From positions 1,248,001 through 1,312,000 of the forward strand of contig CAWCKY010000004.1 of assembly GCA_963796275.1 (NCBI GenBank): a stretch of DNA of 64,000 nucleotides, in the 5' to 3' direction. The position numbers and the translations under genes are program-made. Shown here piece after piece: positions 1-10,400 of the stretch. This DNA comes from an uncultured Acidobacteriota bacterium (lineage in GTDB: Bacteria > Acidobacteriota > Blastocatellia > RBC074). Under the pieces are notes generated by a model. It did no database searches. It saw only the letters and a list, made by a program, of their open reading frames with translations, and was not told the DNA's origin. Each line of letters opens with the position of its first letter. The first letter of the stretch is position 1.

Positions 1-1
1 G

Positions 2-214
2 CATCAATTGCGAATTCACTGCAATCTGATCGGCTATCCGATCATCGGTGATCCGATCTATTCTTCCCGGCTCGATCCGCTCGCAGCAACGCACCATTTG
101 AAACATCACCTTCTGCATGCTTCCCGCCTGATCTTCCGTCACCCGGCAACCAATGCGGAGATGGATTTTGAAGCGCCCATGCCGCAAACTATGCTGGCGC
201 TGATGGAAAAATGA
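2..214 (+). CDS. RluA/RluD-family pseudouridine synthase, C-terminal fragment (truncated by window edge)
   Basis: HQLRIH...IGYPIIGDPIY...LLHASRLIFRHP motifs typical of the RluA C-terminus. Confidence 0.85.
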   Translation, partial: HQLRIHCNLIGYPIIGDPIYSSRLDPLAATHHLKHHLLHASRLIFRHPATNAEMDFEAPMPQTMLALMEK

Positions 215-275
215 ATTCTCGGTTTTCCGTCGCCGCATTATGCTCGCAACTGAACCTATAACTGGAACCTTTTGA

Positions 276-1193
276 ATGAACGATTATGACGTGATCATCA
301 TCGGCGGCGGGCCCGCGGGAATGAGCGCGCTGATCTGGTGCCAATCGCTCAATCTGAAAGCAGTCTTGCTCGAACAGGCGGCGGAGCTCGGCGGGCAGAT
401 GCTGCAGATGTTCCACCGCATCATCGATTACCCTGGTCTGATCGCCGAGGACGGTCGTGATCTGCGCGAGCACTTCCTCGCTCAATTGAAAGAGCTGAAG
501 CTCGAGTATCGCACCGGCGTCCGGTTGGGCGAGCTAGATTTGCGAGAGAGGCGGCTTCTGTGCGATGGCATGATGATAACCGGCGGCGCAATCATCATCG
601 CGACCGGGGCGCGTAAGCGCAGGCTCGGCATTCCGGGCGAATCGAGATTTGAGTCTCACGGCGTCAGTTACTCCGCGACGCGCGATCACTCGCTTTACGC
701 GGGCAAAAAAGTATGCGTCATCGGCGGCGGCGACTCCGCCGTCCAAAATAGTCTGATACTCTCGCGCATCTGTCCCCAGGTCACGCTCATTCATCGTTCC
801 GACAGTTTCCGTGCGCGCGACCGCTGGCTCAAAGAGGCGCAAGCGAGCCCGCGTATCTCGATCATCCCGCACGCGCTGGTCAGGGCAATCGAGGGCGATC
901 AAAAAGTTGAACGATTGATCATCGAAGATTGCCGCTCCGGTGCAACAAAAATAATTCAAACAGAAGGAGTCTTCGTCAGAATCGGCATCGCACCGAATTC
1001 GGAAGCCTTTCGCGGCCAGATCGAGCTCGATGAAATCGGGTATATCAAGATCGACCGGCGCCAGCGAACATCAATGAGAATGATCTACGCGGCTGGCGAT
1101 GTGTGCCGGCCGGTATGTTTGAGCGTGGCGACTGCGGCAGGACAGGGAGCGACCGCGGCGAAGGCTATTTCCCGGAGTCTGAAAAGGCTATAG
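276..1193 (+). CDS. Thioredoxin reductase-like FAD/NAD(P)H oxidoreductase lacking the CxxC motif
   Basis: IIIGGGPAG, ATGA, IGGGDSA, HRSDSFRA and AAGD motifs; GVSYSATRD where TrxB has GVSYCATCD. Confidence 0.85.
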   Translation: MNDYDVIIIGGGPAGMSALIWCQSLNLKAVLLEQAAELGGQMLQMFHRIIDYPGLIAEDGRDLREHFLAQLKELKLEYRTGVRLGELDLRERRLLCDGMMITGGAIIIATGARKRRLGIPGESRFESHGVSYSATRDHSLYAGKKVCVIGGGDSAVQNSLILSRICPQVTLIHRSDSFRARDRWLKEAQASPRISIIPHALVRAIEGDQKVERLIIEDCRSGATKIIQTEGVFVRIGIAPNSEAFRGQIELDEIGYIKIDRRQRTSMRMIYAAGDVCRPVCLSVATAAGQGATAAKAISRSLKRL

Positions 1194-1361
1194 GAAATAA
1201 ACGAAAAGAAGAGAAGGAACGAATGAATCGAAAAAATCTTAAACTCTTCGTTATCGCTTCGGGCGTCAGGATGCGGCTCAAGGCAATCTCTCGGGTTTTG
1301 TTGTGTATATATTCGTCTGTAATTCGTTTTCTCTATTCCGACCTGGGACGGCTATCTGCGG

Positions 1362-2144
1362 CTAAAAACCGGAATTAGTTATATCGTTCAGAAACGGAAG
1401 CTCCCGCCGATATTTGACCAATTCTTCCCTGCTCAGTTCGGCTCTGATCACACATTCCTCTCTTCCACCATCAGCCAACACATTTCCGCTCGGATGCACA
1501 ATCAAGCTGCGGCCCGGATGAAAGAATTTCGGATCGCTGCCGAACCGATTGACGCCTATAACGTAAGCCTGATTCTCAATCGCGCGGGCCCTGAGCAAGG
1601 TGGTCCAGTGCTCCTCCCTCGCCACCGGCCAGCTCGCGATCACCGTATAAAGGTCTGCTCCGCGTTTAACCGCCGCGCGGAATATTTCGGGGAACCGCAG
1701 GTCATAGCAGATGAACGATGCAACTTTGAATCCCTCGAGATCGAATAGGCACAAGCTGTCACCCGCCGCGTAATGATCGGATTCCCCGCCCAAGGTGAAG
1801 GGGTGAAGCTTGGAATAACGCGCTACCTCACGACCATCGGTCGAATACACGACACATTGATTAATACCGCGACCATTCGGATGTTTGGTGACCACACCCC
1901 CAAGAAGATAAATCCGATATTCTGCCGCGGTCTGCGCGAGGAAGGCTTGTGTCTCGCGCGTATCGCTATCCTGGATTGCAGCGACATTCATGGAGAAACC
2001 GGTCGCGAACATCTCGGGCAATACCACCAGAGTGCCAGGCTGCGGCTCGGCCTTTTCTATCATCGAACGGATATTCGCGTGATTAGCAGGTTTGTCCTCC
2101 CAAACGACATCGGGTTGTATGCCGATCACTTTCATTTTTTTCAT
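1362..2144 (-). CDS. Carbon-nitrogen hydrolase (nitrilase family, omega-amidase YafV/MtnU-like)
   Basis: LPEMF, YSKLHPF, ICYDLRFPE, RARAIENQ give the Glu-Lys-Cys triad. Confidence 0.9.
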   Translation of the reverse strand: MKKMKVIGIQPDVVWEDKPANHANIRSMIEKAEPQPGTLVVLPEMFATGFSMNVAAIQDSDTRETQAFLAQTAAEYRIYLLGGVVTKHPNGRGINQCVVYSTDGREVARYSKLHPFTLGGESDHYAAGDSLCLFDLEGFKVASFICYDLRFPEIFRAAVKRGADLYTVIASWPVAREEHWTTLLRARAIENQAYVIGVNRFGSDPKFFHPGRSLIVHPSGNVLADGGREECVIRAELSREELVKYRRELPFLNDITNSGF

Positions 2145-3310
2145 GCTCCCATAATGGTTTTGATACCATTAACCAGACGGCCAATGCCTTCCGCAACGGT
2201 ATCTTTCTGCAGCGCTCCATAAGCGACGCGCAAATAACACCCATCATCCATCCCGAATGCATCGCCGGGAATCACCGCTACTCCGTGTTCACGCACCAGT
2301 CTCTCTACCAGGGCGAGCGGCTTTATCCCCGTGTCGAGTTTGATCAGAAAATAGAATGCCCCATCCGCCGGAGGAACCTGACAGCAATGCCTGATCCGAT
2401 CCAGTTCGTTTAAAACCAGTTCGCGGACTTCCGTCAATTGCATCAGCCTATCAAGGCAATAATCTTTTCCAACCCGCATGGCGCCGATTGCGGCGAACTG
2501 CGAGATTACCGGCGGGCAGATCAACACCGTATCCTGAATTTTGTTGATCGCTTCAAATAGATGATCGGGGATCACCATAAAGCCGATTCGCCAGCTGGCA
2601 AATCCGTACGCTTTCGAGAGGGAATAGAGCGATATCGTATGCGAGTTACTGCCGGCGAGCGACCCTGGCGAAAAGTGGCGCTTATCGCCATAGGTGAAAT
2701 ATTCGTATGCCTCGTCGCTGATGTGGTATATGCCGGCCTGGCGGCAGATATCATTCACTTCGCTGAGCGCGGATTTGGAATAGACTGCGCCGGTCGGGTT
2801 GTTGGGAGAAATTGTCACCACTGCGCGAGTCTTGTCCGTTATGGCGGCGGCGATGAGCCCGGGTCGCAGCTGATAATTCTCGTCAGTCTGTACGAGCACT
2901 GGCTTACAATTGGCCATCGAGATCGCCATCTCGTGATTGAAATAATATGGCAGGTTGAGGATGATTTCATCGCCCGGGTCGGTGATCGCGAGGAGCGCAT
3001 TGACGAAGGCCATATTGCCGCCTGCAGTAACGATTATCCGGCTTCCTGGTTCCACGGTAATCCCGTTCTCGGAAACGAGCTTCGACTCGATCAGTTGTAG
3101 AAGCAGCGGTATGCCGTAGACAGCCTGGTATTTATGATAATCCGGATTATCGAGGAAAGTATGAATCTGATCGATCGCCTCCGGCGGCGGTCCATAAGAT
3201 ACGACGCCCTGGCCGAGAGAGATTGTTCCGGGTCTACGGCGGATCATCTCACCGACTACAGGAATGACCGGCGATTGCACCAGCTGAATTCTCCGCGCTT
3301 CCCTTCTCAT
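2141..3310 (-). CDS. PLP-dependent aminotransferase class I/II
   Basis: SPNNPTG, SDEAY, SLSKAYGFASWRIG (PLP lysine); 4-bp overlap with the C-N hydrolase. Confidence 0.92.
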   Translation of the reverse strand: MRREARRIQLVQSPVIPVVGEMIRRRPGTISLGQGVVSYGPPPEAIDQIHTFLDNPDYHKYQAVYGIPLLLQLIESKLVSENGITVEPGSRIIVTAGGNMAFVNALLAITDPGDEIILNLPYYFNHEMAISMANCKPVLVQTDENYQLRPGLIAAAITDKTRAVVTISPNNPTGAVYSKSALSEVNDICRQAGIYHISDEAYEYFTYGDKRHFSPGSLAGSNSHTISLYSLSKAYGFASWRIGFMVIPDHLFEAINKIQDTVLICPPVISQFAAIGAMRVGKDYCLDRLMQLTEVRELVLNELDRIRHCCQVPPADGAFYFLIKLDTGIKPLALVERLVREHGVAVIPGDAFGMDDGCYLRVAYGALQKDTVAEGIGRLVNGIKTIMGA

Positions 3311-3352
3311 AAATCTATAACCCTTTGCCCCCTTCCTCTATTCTTCACTAAA

Positions 3353-4438
3353 TCAATTCCCATTTTTATTTTGCAGCGCTTTCCACGCTTTCACATACTC
3401 CTCCGTCTTCGGATTCGCGGTATTCCATTTGGGCGCTACCCGATTATTCGCAATATTGATGAGCGCGAGAGCGATCATTCGATCGACGCGCGCCATATTT
3501 TCATAATCGATTCTATCCCAGTGGTCGGAGGGGCGATGATAATCCGGATATTCGAATGCGACGCAGAGCGTGTGCGCCGGCACGCCGGCATCGGCGAGCG
3601 CCTGATTATCGCTGCGAGCGAAGAAAAGATCGCTGTTCTTCTCGTCTTTGTAAACCCTGATGCCGGTCATAGTTCCCGCCGCTTTGAAAATCCCACCAAG
3701 ATCTGTGAAATCGAATCCGGTCATCGATACGCTATTGATTTGCGCACCTTCGGGGCTATCGGTTCTTCCAACCAGTTCGAGATTGACCATGGCCACGGTC
3801 TTCTCGAGAGGAAAGACCGGATGCTGGCCGTAGTAGACGGAACCGTGAAGCCCTTGCTCCTCTCCCGACCAGGCGATAAACACAATGCTGCGTTTCGGTT
3901 TCCGCTTCATGGTCGATAATGCCGAAGCAATTTCGATCACCGAGACTGTCCCGCTGCCATCATCGTTCGCCCCGTTGTAGATCGAATCGCCGTCGACCGC
4001 TTCGTCGATGCCCATGTGATCGTAATGGGCTGAGATAATGACATAACTCTCTTTTAATACCGGATCCGATCCGCGCAGAAGTCCAATCACATTCTTCTGT
4101 CCGCTGGAAATCTGAAAGTAGCTTTTCCCCATCTCGCCCGCCGGTTCCAAACCCGCCCGGCGGAATTGGGAAGCGATGTATTCAGCCGCCAGGTCTAACC
4201 CGCGCGATGGAGTTTTCCGGCCTTCGAGAAGGTCCGAGGCGATGAAAGACAGATGCCCACGCAGGGAATCGGCCGTAATTCGATCGAGCACGGGGCGCAA
4301 AGCGGCCGGGATGCGTCGTTTCGATCCCTGAGTCGCCGCAGGGCGTTGGACGGTCTGTTGCGATAAGGCATGACCGATCGAGGAAAAACTTAGAATTATG
4401 CAAAGTGAGAAACTGTACGTGGTATTACGTTTTTTCAT
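3353..4438 (-). CDS. Secreted M28 family metallopeptidase
   Basis: Signal peptide; SAHYDH, GANDDGSG, SGEEQGL, NLELVGR, DYHRPSD motifs. Confidence 0.9.
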   Translation of the reverse strand: MKKRNTTYSFSLCIILSFSSIGHALSQQTVQRPAATQGSKRRIPAALRPVLDRITADSLRGHLSFIASDLLEGRKTPSRGLDLAAEYIASQFRRAGLEPAGEMGKSYFQISSGQKNVIGLLRGSDPVLKESYVIISAHYDHMGIDEAVDGDSIYNGANDDGSGTVSVIEIASALSTMKRKPKRSIVFIAWSGEEQGLHGSVYYGQHPVFPLEKTVAMVNLELVGRTDSPEGAQINSVSMTGFDFTDLGGIFKAAGTMTGIRVYKDEKNSDLFFARSDNQALADAGVPAHTLCVAFEYPDYHRPSDHWDRIDYENMARVDRMIALALINIANNRVAPKWNTANPKTEEYVKAWKALQNKNGN

Positions 4439-4662
4439 TTATAAAAATATGATCGACACAAAATAGAAAAGAGCGCACTAAAAATTGATACTGATGAAGA
4501 ACTGCTTTGAACCAATGCAATCGTCACAGAACTTCAAAGTAAGCCCCAAAATTCAAATATACCGTAAATATTTACAATAGCCCATATATTCTCACGGCCC
4601 TGCATTTTAGCCCACATTGAACTACAAGCGTCCGGCTTGAATAAACATTTAGGAGCTGATCA

Positions 4663-7128
4663 ATGAAACGTCTGGTCATTAATCTGAGCTTGATGGCTAT
4701 AGCTGTGTTCCTGGCGAGCGCAGATGCGCTGATGCAAGGCATCTACCGCCAACAGCTCGGCAATCGAGATACTCTCACGCAAAGTCAAGAACCAACAAAT
4801 GCTCTTCCACAAAGTCACCTTAATCGCAATAAAACGCATAAACTGATCATCAATAAAGATGATCCGGAACAAACTAAAGTCTATAACGAACTGGTCGGGC
4901 GCAACGCCATCAGCAGATCAATCGATTACGGCGGTTTCACACTCGTCGTTGTTGACCAGGATGCCGTGGGCGGACCCGAAGCGCTAAAGAACATGCCGGG
5001 GGTGGTCTGGCGCGACGACTTGAGCCAGATAGCATTCAACGGTTTTGTGGTCGATACGAGCGACCCACAGCCGCTCTCTCAGGAAGTTCCAGTCGATTTG
5101 CGTCAACAAAAAATGGCTGATGCAGTCAAAAGCGGCATCGCCCCCAATTCAGGATTATTCACCGTGCAATTTGTGGGGCCGATCAAGGAAGAATGGCGCG
5201 CGGCTATCGAGAAAACAGGAGCGCGAATTATCACATACATTCCGAATAATGCTTATATCGTCCGCGCCGACAGCCGGGCGGCATTCGGAGTATGGCAATT
5301 GAAAGACCAGCATCCATTTGTGCAATATGTCGGTGACTATGAACCGGCTTTCCGTATGGCGCCCGAGCTGCGCGCCGCTCGCCAACAAGACGGTTCGGCA
5401 TATGTCAATGTTACAGTGCAGTACATCGACGGGCCCGATAGCGCAATGAAGATTGACGCATTGAAACGCAATGCGGTTCAGTTCATCGGCGAAACTCGGG
5501 TGCTGAACTATCACAACGTCTCGGTTATGATCCCGGCCTCGCGATTGACCGAACTTGCCAGCGACGACGATGTCTTTGCCATCGAAGCATACAAAAAGTT
5601 CGCCCGGTTCGATGAAGCGCAGGGCCAGATTGTCGCCGCCAATCTGACGGGAAATTCACCGACAGGACCAGGCTACCTGGCATGGCTCGCCAGCAAAGGA
5701 TTCAATAGCTCGCAGTTCGGGTCCTTCTCAGTCAATGTCGTTGATGATGCCTATTCGCTGACAGGTCACCCCGATCTGCCATCCGGTCGCATCGTGTTTC
5801 ATAACAACCCGACCAATCAAACCGGCCCGCTGAGCGGACACGGCTTCTTGAACGCAAATATCATTGCAGGTTTCAACAGCGGTACGGGATCAGCATTTGA
5901 AGATTCGAGGGGGTTTAACTACGGTTTGGGTATCGCACCTTGGGCGCGCGTCGGCGCAACCGCAATCTTCGGCCCGGTCGTAGCGGACCCGTCCGCATGG
6001 GAAAGCACGGCTTATGGACGGGGTGCGCGTATCTCTTCGTTATCCGTTGGTCTGGCTGACCCCGTCACGGGAGGCCCACTCGCACGCTACGAGGCAACAG
6101 CGCAGTTATATGACAGCATCGTGCGCGATGCACGGAGCGGCGTAGCCGGGCTGCAACAATTGACAGTCGTCTTCGCAGCCGGCAATTTCGGCACAGGATC
6201 GAACACCGTCGCCTCTCCCGCGACAGCCAAGAACGTCATCAGCGTCGGAGCGAGCGAGAACGTCCGTCAAACCATCGCGACTGATGGCTGTGGCATCACC
6301 AATAGCGGGGCCGATAGCGCCAACGATATGGCCGGATTTTCAAGCCGGGGACCCGTCAATGCTGCCGGCGGCGATGGCCGGGTCAAACCCGATATCGTTG
6401 CTCCCGGAACTCGTATTCAAGCCGGCGTTCCACAATCCAACTATGATGGAAGCGGACTCTGCGGCGGTCAATTCTTCCCGCCGGGACAGACTCTCTATAG
6501 CTGGAATTCAGGTACTTCGCACGCGACTCCGGCCGTTTCAGGGGGAGCAGCTCTGGTCTACCAGGACTTCCTCAACAAGGGTCTGGGAGCACCCACTCCA
6601 GCCATGGTCAAAGCGTTCCTCATGAACTCCGCATCCTATCTAACCGGCACCGGTGCGGGCGGCAATCTGCCCTCCAACAGCCAGGGGATGGGACGGATGA
6701 ATCTTGGCCGCGCATTCGACGGCGCTAACCGAATCCTCGTCAATCAAACGCAACTATTAAACACGACCGGACAGGTCTATCAGATCAGCGGCCGCATATG
6801 CTCAAGCACGCAGCCATTCCGCGTCACGCTGGCGTGGACTGACGCGCCCGGCCCGATTACAGGGGCCCCATGGGTCAATAACCTCGATCTCGTGGTAACG
6901 ATCGGCGGACAGACCTACAGAGGCAACGTATTCTCGGGGGGCAACTCAACGACCGGCGGAGCAGCCGATGTCAGGAACAATGTCGAGTCGGTCTTCCTTC
7001 CTCCTGGGGTATCGGGCAACTTCACCATCACAGTGAGGGCGACCAATCTCGCCGGCGACGGCGTACCAGGCAACAACAACACGACCGATCAAGACTTCGC
7101 GCTCGTCATCTATAACGGGAGAAGATAG
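4663..7128 (+). CDS. Secreted S8 subtilisin-like serine protease (KP-43-like), paralog 1
   Basis: Signal peptide, long propeptide, AAGN, PATAKN, FSSRGP, GRVKPDIVAPG, GTSHATP, C-terminal RVTLAWTD...NNLDL...NNVE barrel. Confidence 0.92.
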   Translation: MKRLVINLSLMAIAVFLASADALMQGIYRQQLGNRDTLTQSQEPTNALPQSHLNRNKTHKLIINKDDPEQTKVYNELVGRNAISRSIDYGGFTLVVVDQDAVGGPEALKNMPGVVWRDDLSQIAFNGFVVDTSDPQPLSQEVPVDLRQQKMADAVKSGIAPNSGLFTVQFVGPIKEEWRAAIEKTGARIITYIPNNAYIVRADSRAAFGVWQLKDQHPFVQYVGDYEPAFRMAPELRAARQQDGSAYVNVTVQYIDGPDSAMKIDALKRNAVQFIGETRVLNYHNVSVMIPASRLTELASDDDVFAIEAYKKFARFDEAQGQIVAANLTGNSPTGPGYLAWLASKGFNSSQFGSFSVNVVDDAYSLTGHPDLPSGRIVFHNNPTNQTGPLSGHGFLNANIIAGFNSGTGSAFEDSRGFNYGLGIAPWARVGATAIFGPVVADPSAWESTAYGRGARISSLSVGLADPVTGGPLARYEATAQLYDSIVRDARSGVAGLQQLTVVFAAGNFGTGSNTVASPATAKNVISVGASENVRQTIATDGCGITNSGADSANDMAGFSSRGPVNAAGGDGRVKPDIVAPGTRIQAGVPQSNYDGSGLCGGQFFPPGQTLYSWNSGTSHATPAVSGGAALVYQDFLNKGLGAPTPAMVKAFLMNSASYLTGTGAGGNLPSNSQGMGRMNLGRAFDGANRILVNQTQLLNTTGQVYQISGRICSSTQPFRVTLAWTDAPGPITGAPWVNNLDLVVTIGGQTYRGNVFSGGNSTTGGAADVRNNVESVFLPPGVSGNFTITVRATNLAGDGVPGNNNTTDQDFALVIYNGRR

Positions 7129-7479
7129 ACCGAGCATCGGGGCATCGGGCGATGGAGCATCGGGGCAACAGGTATGGAAGTTAAGGCTCACTGCGAATCT
7201 TCGCAATGAGCAATCCATCTCTGTTACCCTGTTGCCCTATCGCTCGAACTTATAAATTTAATGAATATAATGATAAATATTTATTGCGGATATCTTTGAT
7301 CTCCGCTATTCTCCGCTATTCTCCTTCCTTTTTAGTCTTCTAGATTTAATCGACAGAAAAACTACTGAATCGCGATAACCGTGTCAGACTGAAGTCTGCG
7401 CTGAGCGGGCAAATTCCATTCAGGTCAACCCGTAAACACGCAAGCTCCCCGCTTGCTCTTTCTATCAGGAGCTGAACCT

Positions 7480-10400
7480 ATGAAACGCTCGATCATTTTC
7501 TTGATCCTGCCTGCTATCGTTGTGTTCCTTGCTACTGCCAGCGCGTTGATGCAAGGAAACATTCGCCCATGGCTAGGGGACCGCGAAAGTCTCAACCAAA
7601 ATATCGATGAACCTATCGCTCTTCCACAGAGTCAGCTCAATCAAAGCAGAACTCACAAATTGCTCATCGATAAAGAGGATGCTGCCCTCTACCAGGATCT
7701 CACTCTACGCAATGCAATCGTTAAAGAGGTCGATTACGGCAGCTTCAAACTCGTCATCGTTGACGAAGCCTTGGTCACCGGCGGACGCGAAGCGATGCGT
7801 AACATGCCGGCGGTCTGGCGCGACGACATGAACCAGATTTACTTAAATGGCTATGTGGTCGATACGAGCGACCCACAGCCGCTCGGGCAGGAGCTTCCGG
7901 TCGAGTTGCGCCAGCAAAAAATGGCCGATGCGCTCAAGGGGAGCTATGCTCCTGCCGCGGGTCTTTACACTGTGCAATTTGCCGGGCCGATCAAAGAAGA
8001 ATGGTTTGCAGCGCTAGAGGGAACCGGCGTCGAGGTCGTCTCCTATATTTCGAACAACGCTTATATCGTCCGCGCCGACAACCGGGCAGCATTCGGACTG
8101 TGGCAACTGAAAACCCAGCATCCATTCGTGCAATATCTCGGCGACTACCAACCTGCCTTCCGATTGTCGTCGGAGTTGCGCGCGACTCTCGCACTCGGTA
8201 ATTCGGGATATATCCGGGTGACCGTGCAATTTTTGAACGGCCAGGACGCCCAACCGGCGATCGAGTTTTTGAAAAACAACGCGCTTCAGTTTATTGGCGA
8301 AAGCAGAGTGATGCACTATCACAACGTCTCGGTCACGATTCCGGTTTCGCAATTGGCTGAACTCGCGAGTAATGAAAATGTTATCGGCATCGAACCATAT
8401 GCCGAACGCAGGCGATTGGATGAAGCGCAGGGTCAGATCGTGGCTGGAAATCTGACGGGCAATTCGCCGAGCGCACCGGGCTACCTGACCTGGCTGGGTG
8501 GCAGGGGGTTCAACAGCTCGCAGTTCACGACTTTTTCGGTCAACGTCGCAGATGACGCCTATTCGCTGACGGGCCATCCTGATCTGCCCACCGGCCGCAT
8601 CGCATTCCAGAACAATGCGACCAGTCAGACAGGAGCGCAGGGGGGACATGGATTCCTCAATGCGCATATCGTCGGCGGATTCAATAGCGGAACGGGATCA
8701 GCCTTGGAAGATGCGAACGGTTTCAACTATGGCCTTGGTATTGCCCCCTGGGCACGTGTTGGCGTTACGGCTATCTTCGGCAATGGGGCATCCTCCCCAA
8801 CCTCATGGGAGAATACTGCATATAGTCAGGGCGCACGCATCTCATCCAACTCCTGGGGATTCATCAATCTTTTCCGTTACGACGCCAATGCCCAGGAATT
8901 TGATCGCATTGTACGCGATGCGCAGAGCGGTGCAGCAGGGCTGCAGCAACTGGCGGTCGTCTTTGCGGCGGGCAATGATGGCTCAGGGTCAAACACGGTC
9001 AGCTCTCCCGGCACCGCCAAGAATGTCATTACGGTCGGCGCCAGCGAGAACGTGCGAACGACCGGAAGCGATGGCTGCGGCATCGGCAATACCGGGGCGG
9101 ATAGCGCGAACGACATCATAAGCTTCTCCAGCAGAGGGCCAGTCAACTCCTCTGGTGGTGATGGAAGAGTGAAACCCGACATCGTCGCTCCTGGCACCCA
9201 TATTGAAGCAGGCATTCCGCAATCCAACTACAACGGGAGCAGCGTCTGCAACCAATTCTTCCCGCCAGGCCAGAGTTTGTACGGCTGGTCGTCAGGCACA
9301 TCACACTCAACGCCCGCCGTTGCTGGCGGAGCCGCGCTGGTCTACCAGGACTTCATCAACAAAGGTCTGGGGACGCCCTCCCCTGCCATGGTCAAAGCGG
9401 TACTGATGAACTCTGCGACCTATATGACCGGCACCGGCGCAGGCGGCAACTTGCCTTCGAACAGTCAGGGAATGGGGCGGATGAACCTCGGCCGCACCTT
9501 CGATACCACGCCGCGGATGCTCGTTAACCAGACGCAGCTCTTAACCGCGACCGGGCAGACTTATCAGGCCACCGGCACAGTCGTATCGAGCTCGCAACCA
9601 TTCCGCGTTACGCTGGCGTGGACTGACGCGCCTGGACCGATCACCGGCGCTCCCTGGGTAAATAACCTCGATCTCGAGGTGACGATCGGAGGCCAGACCT
9701 ATCGAGGCAACGTCTTCTCGGGGGCGAACTCAGCTATCGGCGGAACAGCCGATATCCGGAATAATGCCGAGTCGGTCTTCCTTCCAGCCGGAGTATCGGG
9801 CAACTTCACAGCGACAGTGAGGGCGACGAATATCGCCGGGGATGGCGTGCCGGGTAATGGCGATACGACCGATCAGGACTTCGCCCTCGTCGTCTATAAT
9901 GCGAATGCCGGAGGCTCGGCTTCACCGGCCATCGGAGTCAATCCTTCCAGCCTGAGTTTCACCGCGACCGCCGGCGGCGCGAATCCCTCCAACCAGACGA
10001 TCAGCATCATGAATACGGGGGCGGGTACGCTCAATTGGACGGCCACTGAGAACGGAAGCTGGCTAACCATCAACCCGACGAGCGGCACCGCGCCGTCGAC
10101 GATGACGGCATCCGTTAGCATCAGCGGTCTCGCAGCCGGCACATACAACGCGTCGATTACGATCAGCTCCTCCGGAGCGACCAACTCGCCGGTCATCGTG
10201 CCGGTAACGCTTACGGTAAATGCAACAGGTGGAAACGAGTTGATCGTCGACGGCGGATTCGAAGGCACGTCGAATCCGTGGGTCCTGTCCGGCCAGGCAT
10301 TACGTTCGACCGGAGCCTTTCCGCGCAGCGGAATCGGCTATCTCATTTTGAATGGAACGGACAGCTCCAGCGGGTCGGCCTATCAGACGATCGCTATCCC

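Noticed and set aside
7301-7324. ctccgctatt direct repeat upstream of the second protease as an operator
   Set aside because: Only about 2.4 copies, with no counterpart upstream of the paralog; it cannot be distinguished from slippage
7400-7455. GGGCAAA...ACGCAAGC upstream of the second protease, resembling a c-di-GMP-I riboswitch
   Set aside because: There is no GNRA-capped P2 stem or matching P3 stem; the similarity is superficial
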